Shown piece after piece: positions 53,517-63,182 of a DNA stretch of 64,000 nt. The DNA is from Verrucomicrobiia bacterium (GTDB lineage Bacteria > Verrucomicrobiota > Verrucomicrobiia > Limisphaerales > UBA8199). The stretch's first letter is position 1. Every line of letters begins with the position of its first letter. The notes beneath the pieces are model-generated. The model was not told where the DNA came from and made no database searches. It saw nothing but the letters and a program-made list of their open reading frames with translations. Both the position numbers and the translations under genes were made by a program. The stretch is from positions 16,545 through 80,544 of the forward strand of contig DASYZB010000116.1 in the NCBI GenBank assembly GCA_035946615.1, in the 5' to 3' direction.

Positions 53517-54380
53517 ATGAACCCCAAAATAATGGTTAGTTTGATCGTAGCGGCTGCCGGATTATTTTGCGCAGACAGCTTGCGCGCCCAGAACCCAAAA
53601 GTTGAATTCCCATCGCCTAGCCCGACCTGCACCCTCAAGCAACGGGTCGGCCTGACCGATATTGAAATTGTCTATTCCCGGCCAGGGGTCAAAGACCGGA
53701 CCATCTTCGGCGGGTTGGTTCCCTACGGGGATGTGTGGCGGACCGGAGCGAATGGCTCGACCAAAATCACCTTCAGCACCCCGGTAAAGCTCAACGGACA
53801 CGAGGTTCCCGCAGGGACTTATGCCCTTTATACCATCCCTGGGGAAAAGGAATGGACCATCATTATCTACAAAAACCCGAAGTTGTCTGGGGCCTTCGGG
53901 TATGACCCGAAAGATGACCTGGTGCGGTTCACGACCGAGCCGGTTGACTTCGCCGAGAAGGTGGAGACGTTCACCATCGACCTGGGCAATATTCGCGACG
54001 ATTCAGCGATGCTGTTTCTGGCGTGGGACCACACCCTGGTGCCGGTGAAGATTGAAATGGACCTGGTCCCCAAACTGGCGGCCCAAATCGAAGAGGCCAT
54101 GAGCGGCCCGGGGGACCAGAAACCCTATTACCAGGCGGCCATGTTCTATTACGACCACGACCAAGACCTCCAAAAGGCCCGCAAATGGATCGAGGCCGCC
54201 GTTGCCCAGCACGAGACCTATTATATTGACCACCTGCAAGCCAAGATTCTCGCCAAGCTGGGCGATAAGGAAAAGGCCATCGCCGCCGCGAAGCGTTCCA
54301 GCGAATTGGCCGTCAAAGCCGAGGGCCCAAAGAGCGGTTATGTCAAAATGAACCGGGACCTCATCTCGAGTTTGGAGTAA
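53517..54380 (+). CDS. DUF2911 domain-containing protein with C-terminal helical (TPR-like) region, secreted
   Basis: ATG at 53517 with a signal peptide. 'CTLKQRVGLTDIEIVYSRPGVKDRTIFGGLVPYGDVWRTGAN' and 'AGTYALYTIPGEKEWTIIIYK' are DUF2911 hallmarks. Confidence 0.75.
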   Translation: MNPKIMVSLIVAAAGLFCADSLRAQNPKVEFPSPSPTCTLKQRVGLTDIEIVYSRPGVKDRTIFGGLVPYGDVWRTGANGSTKITFSTPVKLNGHEVPAGTYALYTIPGEKEWTIIIYKNPKLSGAFGYDPKDDLVRFTTEPVDFAEKVETFTIDLGNIRDDSAMLFLAWDHTLVPVKIEMDLVPKLAAQIEEAMSGPGDQKPYYQAAMFYYDHDQDLQKARKWIEAAVAQHETYYIDHLQAKILAKLGDKEKAIAAAKRSSELAVKAEGPKSGYVKMNRDLISSLE

Positions 54381-54424
54381 AGGGCCAGGGCCGCGAGGGG
54401 GCCCCGGCCAACTGCCATTTTCGC

Positions 54425-55435
54425 TCAACGATTGCCCTGCTGAATCTGATCGAAGACTCCCCCTCCGCTGAAATGAGTTTTCTGGGCCTTCTGCCACCCA
54501 CCAAAAACCTCATCGATAGCAAAGAGATTCATTCTGGGGAACTGCGCGGCAAATTTTTGAGCAATCGCTTCGAGGCGTGGGCGGTAAAAATGGCGGGCGG
54601 CTATCTCCTGGCCCTGCGCCGTATAGAGGTACCTAAGATACGCTTCGGCAACGGCGCGCGTGCCATGCTTTTCCACGACGTTATCAACCCACGCCACCGG
54701 GGGTTCGGCCAGGATGCTCACCGAGGGCCTGATCATTTCAAACTGCCCCTTGCCGATGTCGTTAATGGCCAGAAACGCTTCATTCTCCCAGGCAATCAGC
54801 ACGTCGCCAATGCCACGTTGGACGAAGGTGGTGGCCGCCCCGCGCGCGCCGGTATCGAGCACCGGGACATTTTTGTAGAGCGCGGCGACGAACTCCCGCG
54901 CCTTCTCTTGGCTGCCATTGTTTTTTTTCAGGGCATAACCCCAGGCGGCCAGATAATTCCAGCGCGCTCCGCCTGATGTCTTTGGATTGGGCGTGATGAC
55001 CGACACGCCCGGTTTGACCAGGTCATCCCAGTCTTTGATGCCCTTTGGATTGCCCTTCCGCGCCAGCAGAACGATGGTCGAGGTAAACGGGGCGCTATTG
55101 TCAGGCAGCCGTTTTTGCCAGCCGGTTGGAAGCAAGTGCGCTTGCTGGGCGATTGCATCGATGTCGTAGGCCAGCGCCAGCGTCACCACATCGCCATCCA
55201 GGCCATCAATCACCGCGCGCGCCTGCTTTGCCGAACCGCCGTGCGATTGCCTGATTTCCACCGTTTGTCCCGTCTTCGCCTTCCAGTAACGGGCAAAGGC
55301 GCCGTTGAAGTCGTCGTAGAATTCCCGGGTCGGATCGTAGGAGACGTTCAGAATCGTGAGACTTCCGCCATGGGCGGGGCCAACCGGCGTCAGCGCCGTT
55401 AGCATGATGAGAATCGGCCAAAGAATAGTTTTCAT
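54425..55435 (-). CDS. sbp: sulfate/thiosulfate ABC transporter substrate-binding protein
   Basis: '[68 protein letters not shown]' is the conserved Sbp/CysP N-terminal block. Confidence 0.9.
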   Translation of the reverse strand: MKTILWPILIMLTALTPVGPAHGGSLTILNVSYDPTREFYDDFNGAFARYWKAKTGQTVEIRQSHGGSAKQARAVIDGLDGDVVTLALAYDIDAIAQQAHLLPTGWQKRLPDNSAPFTSTIVLLARKGNPKGIKDWDDLVKPGVSVITPNPKTSGGARWNYLAAWGYALKKNNGSQEKAREFVAALYKNVPVLDTGARGAATTFVQRGIGDVLIAWENEAFLAINDIGKGQFEMIRPSVSILAEPPVAWVDNVVEKHGTRAVAEAYLRYLYTAQGQEIAARHFYRPRLEAIAQKFAAQFPRMNLFAIDEVFGGWQKAQKTHFSGGGVFDQIQQGNR

Positions 55436-55477
55436 TCCTTCCGAATGGGTTTGAGCTTTGATTCGTCTCGTCTCCTG

Positions 55478-55849
55478 CTACCACGAAACCTGGATGCGGC
55501 TCAAGAGCGCATGTTCCGCCGGCCTGTTTCCGTGCGGCGCGCCACCGTCAAAATGGGTTTGGTCGTAGTCTATCATCAGCTTGATGTCCGTGTTCAGGTA
55601 CCAATTGAGTCCAACGCCCCAGGAGTCCGCTTGCGAGGCAGCTTTGGTGGCATCGGCCAGCACAATTGGCGTTCCACCGGTGCCGAAATTGTGAAAAGCG
55701 TTCGGATCAACGTGTAATTGTCCCGCCCGCGCTGCGAGTTCTACGGCTCCCCCGTCCACATCTTTATCGTCGTTTTCGTCTGAATCTTCGCTGCCGTCGT
55801 CGCGGACCCCGTTAAAGACACAGGCAATCGAATTTGGATTTTTATTCAT
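55478..55849 (-). pseudogene. C-terminal stump of an OprO/OprP-type (phosphate-selective-like) porin
   Basis: 'WGVGLNWYLNTDIKLMIDYDQTHF...LLSRIQVSW' matches only the last ~70 aa of porin O/P proteins. Upstream is AT-rich non-coding DNA rather than the barrel. Confidence 0.55.
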
Positions 55850-55978
55850 AAAGTTTCCCAGGAGGCGATTTCTAAATTTGTGTCTTCGAACTTAAACGCT
55901 AAACTCTAGTATGTAAATCGTTATACTTATATTTAGCTTATAAAGGACGACATTCTGGTTACACCGCTGGAAGGCTGC

Positions 55979-56044
55979 GGTAGGTTATGGAAGGTTGCAG
56001 TAGGCAACGGTAGTTTGTGATAGGCTATGAGGCTACGGTAGGTT
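55979..56044 (+). promoter_or_regulatory. cluster of GTAGG-type short direct repeats in an AT-rich spacer
   Basis: 'ggtaggtt' occurs at 55979 and 56037. 'gtaggca', 'ggtagttt' and 'gataggct' lie between them at roughly 10-bp phasing. Confidence 0.3.
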
Positions 56045-56308
56045 GAGGTAAACGGACTCGTTGTACGCGTTTGAACTATTTCAATTTCAGCAGTTTGCTG
56101 CCCGGCCGAAAAGCCTTTGAAACGGCTCGAATCCTCGCCGGGCGGCCCGCCACCGGGCTAAAGCCCCGGTGTTAATGAGATCTCCCCGCTGGGGTGTCTT
56201 CCATCACTGCATCACTCCACTAATCCATCAGTCCCCTTTGGTTCCGGCTACTCCGGTCTGGATCATTATCTTGAAAAGTCTTTGATTTTCGCGACGATTT
56301 CGTGGGGA

Positions 56309-56386
56309 GGAATCCTGAGTAATCTTTGCGTTCTTTGCGTTCTCTCGCGGCTGATCCTTTGGTTGCGGTTTGCCCGCGCTGCGAAA
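56309..56386 (+). repeat. ~79-nt intergenic repeat, copy 2 (partner at 6281..6359)
   Basis: See copy 1. Same orientation, and again ~75-90 nt upstream of a plus-strand start codon. Confidence 0.85.
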
Positions 56387-56476
56387 AAAACGGCTTAACA
56401 AGGCAGCGAGGTTCAGCAATCGCTTGCCAGGGTTACGAACCCGTGTAATGGTTTGGTCAAGCAGTTCAAGCAATTT

Positions 56477-57136
56477 ATGAGCGATCCTTGTTCCAAGGAC
56501 GGCCTGGCTGTTTCGCGCCGTTCATTTCTCAAAACCTTCGGCACCACCGCCGCTGTGGCCGCAACGGCTCAGGTGGAAACGGTTGCCCAAGGGCTGGCCA
56601 ACGCAAATGCGGAAAGGGCCTACGGGCCGGAGGCGGTTCCCATTACCCTCCAGATCAACGGCAAGAGCCTCAAGCTGCAGGTCGAGCCTCGAGTCACCCT
56701 GCTCGAGGCATTGCGCAACCATTCCAACCTGACCGGCTCAAAAGAGGTCTGCGACCGCGCCACGTGCGGGGCTTGTACGGTTCTGTTTGATGGCACGCCG
56801 GTGTATTCCTGCTCGAAGCTCGCCATCGAAGCCCAGGGACACCAGATCACAACCGTCGAGGGCCTGGCACAGGATGGCAAACTCACGCCCGTGCAGCAGG
56901 CCTTCGTGGACCAGGACGGCCTGATGTGCGGATATTGCACCCCTGGCTTCGTGATGAGCGTCACGGGCCTGGTGAGGAAAAATCCGCATCCCAGCGTCGA
57001 GGAGGTCAAGCATGCCTGTGCGGGGAATCTGTGCCGGTGCGGGACCTACCCGCGGGTGATGCAAGCGGCCTTGAAAGCGGCTGGCGTTCCCATAACCCAT
57101 AACGTCGAGGTGATACCTTATGCCAAGCTGGCCTGA
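56477..57136 (+). CDS. TAT-exported [2Fe-2S] small subunit of a xanthine dehydrogenase-family molybdoenzyme (PaoA-like)
   Basis: Twin-arginine leader 'SRRSFLKTFGTTAAVAATA'. Cluster motifs 'CDRATCGACTV' and 'CGYCTPGF...CRCGTY'. Confidence 0.85.
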   Translation: MSDPCSKDGLAVSRRSFLKTFGTTAAVAATAQVETVAQGLANANAERAYGPEAVPITLQINGKSLKLQVEPRVTLLEALRNHSNLTGSKEVCDRATCGACTVLFDGTPVYSCSKLAIEAQGHQITTVEGLAQDGKLTPVQQAFVDQDGLMCGYCTPGFVMSVTGLVRKNPHPSVEEVKHACAGNLCRCGTYPRVMQAALKAAGVPITHNVEVIPYAKLA

Positions 57137-59216
57137 ACAACGAACCGTCATCGGCTCGCGCACTAAACGCCTGGACGGCCCCGCGAAAGTTTCCGGCGCC
57201 GCCAAGTATTCATCGGATGTCCAGCCCGAGGGCTGGCTTTACGGGATGATCCTGCGGTCGAAATGGGCGAAAGCCAAAATCACGAACATCAATTTGGACA
57301 AGGCGCGCCAGGTGCCTGGAATCAAGGCAGCAGTTTTGGTGCGGGAAGGTGAGCGGACGGTGCGCTATTACGGTGAAGAACTGGCGGGGGTGGCAGGCAC
57401 CACCAAGCAAGCCTGCCTGGATGCCCTGCGGCTGATCGAGGTCGAAGCAAAACCGCTCCCGTTTGTCGTTCGTGAAGAAGATGCCAGAGAGGAGGGCTCT
57501 CCGCGCGTATGGGATGATACGCCCAACTTGTCCAAACCCGGCCTCAACGAACGGGGCGAGGTGGACAAGGCCTTTGGTGAATGCGCCACGGTTGTCGAGG
57601 GCTTTTTCACCACGCCAGTCCAACTGCATCACCCCCTCGAGACGCACGGCAACACCGTTTCCTGGACCGACGAGGCCATTACAGCGTGGGCCTCGACACA
57701 GGGAATCAGCAGCGTGCGCGACGGGCTGGCGGGCAATCTGCAAGTGCCTCAGAGCCAGGTTCGCGTTATTTCCGAGTACATGGGTGGCGGGTTCGGTTCC
57801 AAGTTCGGTCCGGGCATCGAAGGGGCGGTGGCAGCCCGGCTTTCTAAAGAGGCCAAAGCCCCGGTCAAATTGATGCTGCCGCGCTTTGACGAAGCGCTGG
57901 CAGTAGGAAATCGGCCATCAAGTTTTCAAAAGATTAAACTCGGCGCCAAAGAGGATGGAACGCTCCACGCCTTCGAGCTGGAGTCTTATGGGACGGCCGG
58001 CGTCGGCAGTGCCGGTTCAACCGAAGGCGGCGGCGGGGGGGCCGGGTTCCCCGCACCGTATATTTATCATGTGCCCAACACGCGCGTGAAACAGTCGGCG
58101 GTCAATATCGATGCCGGGTCGGCGCGCGCGTTTCGCGCTCCGGGTCATCCGACCGCTTCGTTCGGGATGGAATCCATCATGGACGAGCTGGCTGCCAAGA
58201 TGAATATCGACCCGGTCGAGCTGCGCCTGAAAAATGACCCATCGGAAGTCCGCCGCAAGGAGTATCGGCTTGGCGCCGAGCGGTTCGGTTGGAAGGAAAA
58301 ATATAAAAAGCCGGGCAGCTCGCCGGGACCGGTGAAGAGTGGCGTGGGGTGCGCGGGGGCTACTTGGGGCGGAGGCGGTCGAGGCACCCAGGCCGAGGCG
58401 CAGATAAGCCCGGATGGCAGCATTGAAATCCGCTGCGGCACCCAGGACCTCGGGACCGGCACCCGCACGGTTATCGCTGTCATCGCTGCCGACTTGCTCG
58501 GCCTGCAGCCTGACCAGATTACCGTGCGCATTGGGGATACCAATTTCCCTCCGTCCGGCGGCAGCGGCGGGAGCACAACCTGCGCGTCGGTATCGCCTGC
58601 GATTTACGATGTCTGCACCAAAGCGCTGCAGGAATTGCAAACCCAATCCGGTGTCGCGGACGGCCGTGGGGTAAACTGGAGGGCTGCCTGCAAGAAACTC
58701 GGCGTCAATCCGCTGGTTGTCTCCGGGCGCTGGCAGGAAGGCTTGTCATCGAGCGGGGCCGGTGGGGTGCAGTTCGCTGAAGTCGAGGTGGACACCGAAA
58801 CCGGGTTTGTGAAGGTGAAAAAGATTACCTGCGTGCAGGACGGCGGGTTGATCATGAACAAACTGACCGCCGAGAGCCAGGTCAATGGCGGCATCATCAT
58901 GGGCATCGGTTATGCCCTATACGAGGAACGAATCATGGACCGTCAGTCGGGCGTGGTGCTGAATCCTAATTTTGAGACGTATAAACTGACGGCGCTGGGC
59001 GATGTCCCGGAGATAGAAGTCATCATGCTCGACATGCCCGAACGCGGCGTGATTGGAATCGGAGAGCCGGTCACCATTCCGACCGCCTCGGCGCTGGCCA
59101 ACGCTGTGGCCAACGCGCTGGGGGTGCGCGTCGGCAGCCTGCCAATGACCCCCGCGCGCGTCCTGGCGGCGCTGGGGAACAAATCCGCCACCCCTCCAAC
59201 CAGCGGGCCAGCCTGA
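57120..59216 (+). CDS. xanthine dehydrogenase-family molybdopterin-binding large subunit (aldehyde oxidoreductase-like)
   Basis: 'RLDGPAKVSGAAKYSSD', 'GGGFGSKF', 'FRAPGHP' and 'GIGEPVTIPTASALANAV' are the conserved Moco-subunit blocks. Confidence 0.9.
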   Translation: MPSWPEQRTVIGSRTKRLDGPAKVSGAAKYSSDVQPEGWLYGMILRSKWAKAKITNINLDKARQVPGIKAAVLVREGERTVRYYGEELAGVAGTTKQACLDALRLIEVEAKPLPFVVREEDAREEGSPRVWDDTPNLSKPGLNERGEVDKAFGECATVVEGFFTTPVQLHHPLETHGNTVSWTDEAITAWASTQGISSVRDGLAGNLQVPQSQVRVISEYMGGGFGSKFGPGIEGAVAARLSKEAKAPVKLMLPRFDEALAVGNRPSSFQKIKLGAKEDGTLHAFELESYGTAGVGSAGSTEGGGGGAGFPAPYIYHVPNTRVKQSAVNIDAGSARAFRAPGHPTASFGMESIMDELAAKMNIDPVELRLKNDPSEVRRKEYRLGAERFGWKEKYKKPGSSPGPVKSGVGCAGATWGGGGRGTQAEAQISPDGSIEIRCGTQDLGTGTRTVIAVIAADLLGLQPDQITVRIGDTNFPPSGGSGGSTTCASVSPAIYDVCTKALQELQTQSGVADGRGVNWRAACKKLGVNPLVVSGRWQEGLSSSGAGGVQFAEVEVDTETGFVKVKKITCVQDGGLIMNKLTAESQVNGGIIMGIGYALYEERIMDRQSGVVLNPNFETYKLTALGDVPEIEVIMLDMPERGVIGIGEPVTIPTASALANAVANALGVRVGSLPMTPARVLAALGNKSATPPTSGPA

Positions 59217-59224
59217 GATGTGAT

Positions 59225-60187
59225 ATGAGACCTTTCCAATACGCAACCGCAACATCACCCCAAAACGCACAGGAACTCGTGACGCCCCAGGGCCGTTATC
59301 TGGCTGGTGGAATCGACCTGCTCGGCGAGATGAAGGAGTACATCGCCGAACCTAAAATCCTGGTTAATATCAAGTCCCTGCCTGGGCTGGACAAGCTCGA
59401 GTCCGGCGGTCAGGTTTGGTCCATCGGCAGCAACGTGACTATCGCCGAACTGGAAAGCAACGCGGAGCTGAAGAGGGTTTTCCCAGGCATTCAGCAGGCT
59501 GCCGCCGAGGTCGGCTCGCAACAGATTCGCAATGTGGCCACGGTGGGCGGCAACCTCGCCCAGCACTCGCGCTGCTGGTACTATCGGCATCGGGACATCG
59601 TTTGTCTCAAAAAAGGCGGAGACACCTGCTACGCCCGGCACGGGGAGAACAAGTATCACAGCCTGTTCACTGGAAACACTTGCATCAGCCCGGTCGTGTC
59701 GAACCTGGCCATTGTCCTGGATGCCTTGAATGCCACCGTCATCATCCAGCGCGCCGGCAAGCCAGCGCGGATGAGCATCGCAGAGTTTTACGCCAAGGCA
59801 TGGGACAATCCCACCGCGCACAATTCACTCGAACCCGCTGACCTGGTGCTGCGGGTCGAGATACCGGTCCAACAGCGGCGCAGCGCTTATCTGCAGATCA
59901 GCGAGAAATCCGCCTTTGATTGGGCGCTGGTCAGTTGCGCCGCCGCCGCGAAGGTCGATGGGGGAACATTCACCCAGGCCCGCGTGGTGCTGGGGGCGGT
60001 GGCCAATGTCCCTTACCAGGTCAAAGCCGCCAATGACCTGCTCGAAGGCAAAACACTCGATGACTCTTTGGCGAACAAAGTCGCCGATGTTCTCCTGGAA
60101 AATGCCCAGACCCATACCGAGACGGGCTATAAAATCCCGATTGCCCGCGCGCTCATCCGCCGAACGCTTGCGCAACTCAATGCCTGA
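59225..60187 (+). CDS. FAD-binding subunit of the xanthine dehydrogenase-family enzyme (CoxM/PaoB-like)
   Basis: 'MRPFQYATATSPQNAQELV...YLAGGIDLLGEMK', 'IRNVATVGGNLAQHSRCWYYR'. Confidence 0.85.
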   Translation: MRPFQYATATSPQNAQELVTPQGRYLAGGIDLLGEMKEYIAEPKILVNIKSLPGLDKLESGGQVWSIGSNVTIAELESNAELKRVFPGIQQAAAEVGSQQIRNVATVGGNLAQHSRCWYYRHRDIVCLKKGGDTCYARHGENKYHSLFTGNTCISPVVSNLAIVLDALNATVIIQRAGKPARMSIAEFYAKAWDNPTAHNSLEPADLVLRVEIPVQQRRSAYLQISEKSAFDWALVSCAAAAKVDGGTFTQARVVLGAVANVPYQVKAANDLLEGKTLDDSLANKVADVLLENAQTHTETGYKIPIARALIRRTLAQLNA

Positions 60188-60189
60188 TT

Positions 60190-60396
60190 ATGAATGCGAG
60201 CAGCCTCTGCAAACATCTCCGCACAAAATCCATGTTCATCCCGGCCCTGGCCGCCCAAGACCAGGCCGAGGGCGTTCAGCAAACAGGCCGTTCCTCGCAT
60301 TGCTGGTGCAATTGCACGCTCACCGAGACCGGCCCCGACGACCGGCCCGTCGGTGAGGAACGGTGCAGCGCTTCGCGGGCTTGTTTTGAGGAATAG
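60190..60396 (+). CDS. small Cys-rich protein (68 aa)
   Basis: Starts 2 nt after the FAD-subunit stop. 'CKHLRTKSMFIP...HCWCNCTLTETGPDDRPVGEERC...RACF' resembles a small conserved Cys-rich ORF family I recall from PVC and Acidobacteria genomes (unverified). Confidence 0.5.
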   Translation: MNASSLCKHLRTKSMFIPALAAQDQAEGVQQTGRSSHCWCNCTLTETGPDDRPVGEERCSASRACFEE

Positions 60397-60420
60397 GCCG
60401 GCAGCCGAGGCTCGTGCGTT

Positions 60421-61164
60421 TCAATGCGCCCTGAAGAACACCCGCGCATAGACATAGGCCACCGCCTCATCCACCACCGAGCGGACCCCGGCGCTGTAGC
60501 GCCACCAATGCCTCGCATCATAATCGCGGGAAGGAATTGACCTAACCCCGACCTTGACCCCATTGCCAAACGCCCGTTCAACCAGCAACCTCGATCGGCG
60601 CGCATGCGGCCCTTCGCTGATCAGATAAATCTTTGACGCAGAAATGCCATGCGCGCGCAGCCAATCCCTCAGGCTCACCGCAGCGGCATAAGTGCGGTCC
60701 TGCCGCACTTCGGGCGCGGGGACCGCCTGAACCTGGTTGCTGTTCAGGCCGAGCTTGACCAGGGTAGCCGCCCCCAATTCGGCATAGGTTTTGTATTCGG
60801 AAAGCGGTCCGCCCATTTGCAGCGGACCTCCTACAACATAGACTTTCTCGTAATGGCCACCTTTGACCTCGGCTACGACCTTTTCAAGCGCATAGTCCGG
60901 CGCCCATCCCTCGACCATGAGCAACCCTCCTGGCAGCGGGTCGTTCACGGCAAGGAAAGGATGAATCTCCAGCACGGCGGCAATGGCCAGACCAACACAG
61001 AGCAGCGCCAGAGCCAGGCAACCACGCCAAGTCGGCGCCAGGCATTGCCGGCGCTTCAACAATCCGCAAATTTTCGTCTGCTCGTCCAAGTTTCTTTCAG
61101 CGCCGAATAAGTAGCAACGCGTTCCAGCGCATTCTCTTTGAGACGTTGCCGGAAACTGACCCAT
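60421..61164 (-). CDS. DUF218 (YdcF/ElyC/SanA-like) domain membrane protein
   Basis: TM 'CLALALLCVGLAIAAVL', then 'LLMVEGWAPDYA', 'VYVVGGP' and 'IYLISEGPHARRS'. Start uncertain (ATG at 61164 chosen; ORF extends to 61284). Confidence 0.7.
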   Translation of the reverse strand: MGQFPATSQRECAGTRCYLFGAERNLDEQTKICGLLKRRQCLAPTWRGCLALALLCVGLAIAAVLEIHPFLAVNDPLPGGLLMVEGWAPDYALEKVVAEVKGGHYEKVYVVGGPLQMGGPLSEYKTYAELGAATLVKLGLNSNQVQAVPAPEVRQDRTYAAAVSLRDWLRAHGISASKIYLISEGPHARRSRLLVERAFGNGVKVGVRSIPSRDYDARHWWRYSAGVRSVVDEAVAYVYARVFFRAH

Positions 61165-61255
61165 TTTTCCAGTATATACGTTCCGCGGCTCCAAAAAGGC
61201 GGCAGGCGAGGTTTTGGGCCTTTGCACACCGATTGACTTATGGTTGCATTGTGGA

Positions 61256-62017
61256 ATGTCGAAGGCATCTCTTTCTGAGATCACCCGCTATTGCGACCGG
61301 TTGCTGGACACCGCCGGGAGGGAAGATTATCAGGGCGCATTTAACGGTTTGCAGATGGAAAATGCGGGTATTGTTACGCGGATAGCCGCAGCCGTCGATG
61401 CGAGCCTGGCCACTGTGCGTCTGGCGATTGAAGCCAAAGCGGACCTGTTGCTTGTGCATCATGGGCTGTTCTGGACCCCTTTGCATCCATGGGCCGGCAA
61501 GAATTACCAATTGTTGCGCCTGCTTTTGGACAATCAGCTTGCGGTGTATAGTTCCCACCTGCCGCTTGATTCGCACCCGCGCCTTGGCAACAACGCCCAG
61601 CTTTGCGCCCGGCTGGGCCTGCGCAGAAGAAGCCCCTTCTTTTTTACCAAGGGGCATTTTATTGGATTTAAGTCTGCCACACGGATGCGGCGCACCGAAT
61701 TGATACGCAGGCTGACCATCGCGCTCGGCGCCACACCGCGCAGCATTCCGGCGGGCCCGGAGATTTGTCGTTGCATTGGAGTGGTGACCGGCGGAGCGGG
61801 CGATCACCTAAGAGAAGCCGCTCTCGAAGGGGTCGATACGTTTATTACAGGTGAGGGAGAGCACTGGACCTATGCGCTGGCCGAGGAGTTGAACCTGAAC
61901 GTGCTGTACGGCGGCCACTACGCTACCGAAACGTTCGGAGTCAAAGCATTGGCCGAGCATCTCTCGCGCCGTTTCAACGTGCCTTGGGTCTTCGTGGATC
62001 ATCCCACAGGATTGTAG
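61256..62017 (+). CDS. Nif3-like dinuclear metal centre protein (YbgI/GTP cyclohydrolase 1 type 2 homologue)
   Basis: 'NGLQMENAGIVTRIAAAVDASL', 'DLLLVHHGLFW', 'AVYSSHLPLD', 'GGHYATETFG'. Confidence 0.85.
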   Translation: MSKASLSEITRYCDRLLDTAGREDYQGAFNGLQMENAGIVTRIAAAVDASLATVRLAIEAKADLLLVHHGLFWTPLHPWAGKNYQLLRLLLDNQLAVYSSHLPLDSHPRLGNNAQLCARLGLRRRSPFFFTKGHFIGFKSATRMRRTELIRRLTIALGATPRSIPAGPEICRCIGVVTGGAGDHLREAALEGVDTFITGEGEHWTYALAEELNLNVLYGGHYATETFGVKALAEHLSRRFNVPWVFVDHPTGL

Positions 62018-62097
62018 AAGCCCGTGGCCGCTCAAATCTTCTCCAACCGACGATGGATTTGCAGGAGCGATTAGCCAAGCCTTCTCGTTAAATGAAC

Positions 62098-62124
62098 AAA
62101 AAAAGGCGCCCTTTCGAGCGCCTT
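62098..62124 (-). terminator. intrinsic terminator for the prepilin-like gene
   Basis: The minus strand reads 'aaggcgc-tcgaaagg-gcgcctt' followed by 'ttttttt', 25 nt after the stop at 62150. Confidence 0.6.
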
Positions 62125-62149
62125 CTTTGGGAGGGACTATGGTTTTTGG

Positions 62150-62974
62150 TTACGGGAACATCAGGATGTTGCCGCCTGCCGTTGCGATGCCCGTTCTTTG
62201 CGATGTATCACCGCTGGTGCGGCATTGGTCGCGAAACTTGGAACTGCTCAACTGCTGCACGCTGCCGTCGCATATCAGAACGTTGCCGTTGCCCTGGTGC
62301 ACCTTATCAGTCCAGCACGGCGCCTGGGCGGTTCCCACAAAGTTACTGCCCATGCCGTCACTGGTGTTGTCGGCATGGCCAAACCCATTATACGGGAAGG
62401 GGCTCGGGATGGTCTGTTGGCCGCCACCAGTGCCGTTGCCGTAAATATTTCGATCGCCTGCCAGCATCATCTGGGGATAATTGTCATTCCCGTCCGGGTC
62501 CAGAAAATAAGACACTTTCCAGTTGTTAAACTTGGCCGGTTGGGGGTCGCTTGTAGCGCCCGGGCCGCCGGATTGATCATTCGCGAAGAACAGCCAGTTT
62601 GTGCCCACGGTGTGGCCATCGTCCGATGGGCAGGACACGATTTTGGGTGTGCTCAGTTCGTTCGACATCACACCGAACACCTGGTACATATAAGTCGCCT
62701 GCGGGTTTTGGCCGCTGGCGAAAGCGGTTTGGTTGGGGGGGCCACCCTCGGTCGCCGGCACCGCCAGTGGGTAACGGTCTCCGTTATCCAAGGCCCAGGT
62801 TTTAGTCGCCAAACCTATTTGTTTTAGGTTATTGGTGCAACTGATGCGCTGTGCGCGCGCTTTGGCGCGGGCCAAAGCCGGCAGCAACATCGCCGCCAGA
62901 ATGGCTATAATCGCGATCACGACGAGCAACTCGATCAACGTGAACGCTCGGATTTTTTTTCTTAAGTTATTCAT
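62150..62974 (-). CDS. prepilin-type N-terminal cleavage/methylation domain protein with H-X9-DG motif (DUF1559-like)
   Basis: '[46 protein letters not shown]' and the C-terminal '[14 protein letters not shown]'. Confidence 0.85.
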   Translation of the reverse strand: MNNLRKKIRAFTLIELLVVIAIIAILAAMLLPALARAKARAQRISCTNNLKQIGLATKTWALDNGDRYPLAVPATEGGPPNQTAFASGQNPQATYMYQVFGVMSNELSTPKIVSCPSDDGHTVGTNWLFFANDQSGGPGATSDPQPAKFNNWKVSYFLDPDGNDNYPQMMLAGDRNIYGNGTGGGQQTIPSPFPYNGFGHADNTSDGMGSNFVGTAQAPCWTDKVHQGNGNVLICDGSVQQLSSSKFRDQCRTSGDTSQRTGIATAGGNILMFP

Positions 62975-63134
62975 ATGCTTCTGCTGGTTGTGTTTGGTTT
63001 AGCCGCCAGCCCTGAGCTGGGGCCAGTCAGCCTAACCTATCTGGTTTCCTTTAAGCAACAGCAATGCCACTTGGCAAAACCTTCGGATTTCCAAGGAAAA
63101 CCGCAGAAAACGGATTAATGTCAAGCCAGCAAAG

Positions 63135-63169
63135 GCGTGATTTTCACGCCTTTAGCGTGATTTTCACGC
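63135..63169. promoter_or_regulatory. two tandem copies of the perfect palindrome GCGTGA-TTT-TCACGC
   Basis: Copies at 63135..63149 and 63155..63169, 20 bp centre to centre. They lie ~160-195 bp upstream of the 62974 start codon. Confidence 0.45.
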
Positions 63170-63182
63170 GTCCTGCTTACCC

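Noticed and set aside
56100-56200. The 'ccaccgggc-taaa-gccccggtg' hairpin region upstream of repeat copy 2, as a further copy of the MITE.
   Set aside because: It has a similar style (a GC hairpin around a tetraloop-like 'taaa'), but there is no sequence identity with the MITE, no GTAA termini and no flanking direct repeat. There is only one copy in the window.
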